Notes under the pieces: model-generated | Database searches by the model: none | What the model was told of the DNA's origin: nothing | What the model saw: only the letters and a program-made list of their open reading frames with translations | DNA from: an uncultured Gammaproteobacteria bacterium | Lineage (GTDB): Bacteria > Patescibacteriota > Microgenomatia > Levybacterales > UBA12049 | Assembly (NCBI GenBank): GCA_964637955.1 | Contig: CAZWXQ010000004.1 | Location: 11,368-75,367, forward strand | Direction of reading: 5' to 3' | Length of the DNA stretch: 64,000 nucleotides | Made by a program: the position numbers and the translations under genes | Shown: one piece after another, positions 63,982-64,000 of the stretch | How positions within the stretch are numbered: the stretch's first letter is position 1 | Layout of the letters: each line of letters begins with the position of its first letter

Positions 63982-64000
63982 AATTAGTTGCCATACTATA

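Noticed and set aside
1-64000. Alternative genetic code (UGA recoding, code 25) as in some CPR lineages
   Set aside because: Standard-code ORFs of 600-900 aa (ftsH, nrdJ, PBPs) are uninterrupted and gene-tiling is near complete. There is no sign that TGA is a sense codon.

Overview
The window is AT-rich (about 35% GC) and densely packed with short genes, mostly on the minus strand, with many lineage-specific hypothetical proteins. This is typical of a reduced-genome bacterium such as a CPR/Patescibacteria-like organism. The standard genetic code appears to be in use, since ORFs of up to about 890 aa contain no in-frame stops. Recognisable genes include pth, a short HMGL-family synthase, a PHP-domain nuclease that looks EndoQ-like, an ATP-dependent DNA ligase, a DUF559 endonuclease, Fic, nnr, recF, mutM, a NUDIX hydrolase, a GT4 glycosyltransferase, a 5'-3' exonuclease, ftsH, trpS, a TrpR/YerC-like regulator, tgt, murD, a Xer-type tyrosine recombinase, an FtsB-like protein, pgk, two tandem class A PBPs, an rpe-like gene, two GNAT acetyltransferases and a LytR_C protein. 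There are two tRNAs (anticodons CAT and TAT). Each is overlapped at its 5' end by a small putative nuclease gene, one HTH-LAGLIDADG-like and one GIY-YIG. A coherent vitamin B12 locus runs nrdR, hypothetical, class II B12-dependent RNR (nrdJ), cobalamin riboswitch, DUF4430, S-component-like membrane protein, PduO-type adenosyltransferase. The most interesting findings for follow-up are listed next. A roughly 320-nt candidate structured RNA sits between a sigma70 promoter and an intrinsic terminator at 35080-35440, next to the tRNA/LAGLIDADG pair and a DnaC/IstB-like ATPase. A membrane-anchored VirD4/FtsK/HerA-like ATPase lies in an operon with two uncharacterised proteins at 42430-46751. The ligase 3' end is present in three copies, two of them relics, which suggests serial insertion at that terminus. 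A DUF559 endonuclease is flanked by 30-bp inverted repeats. A palindromic REP-like repeat family shows compensatory stem changes between copies. Heptanucleotide microsatellites (GGGATTT, GGAAATT) sit in frame inside four housekeeping genes. A degenerate tRNA-like chimera sits next to tRNA(TAT), a GIY-YIG gene and a tyrosine recombinase. All calls rest on motif recognition by eye. No database searches were run.
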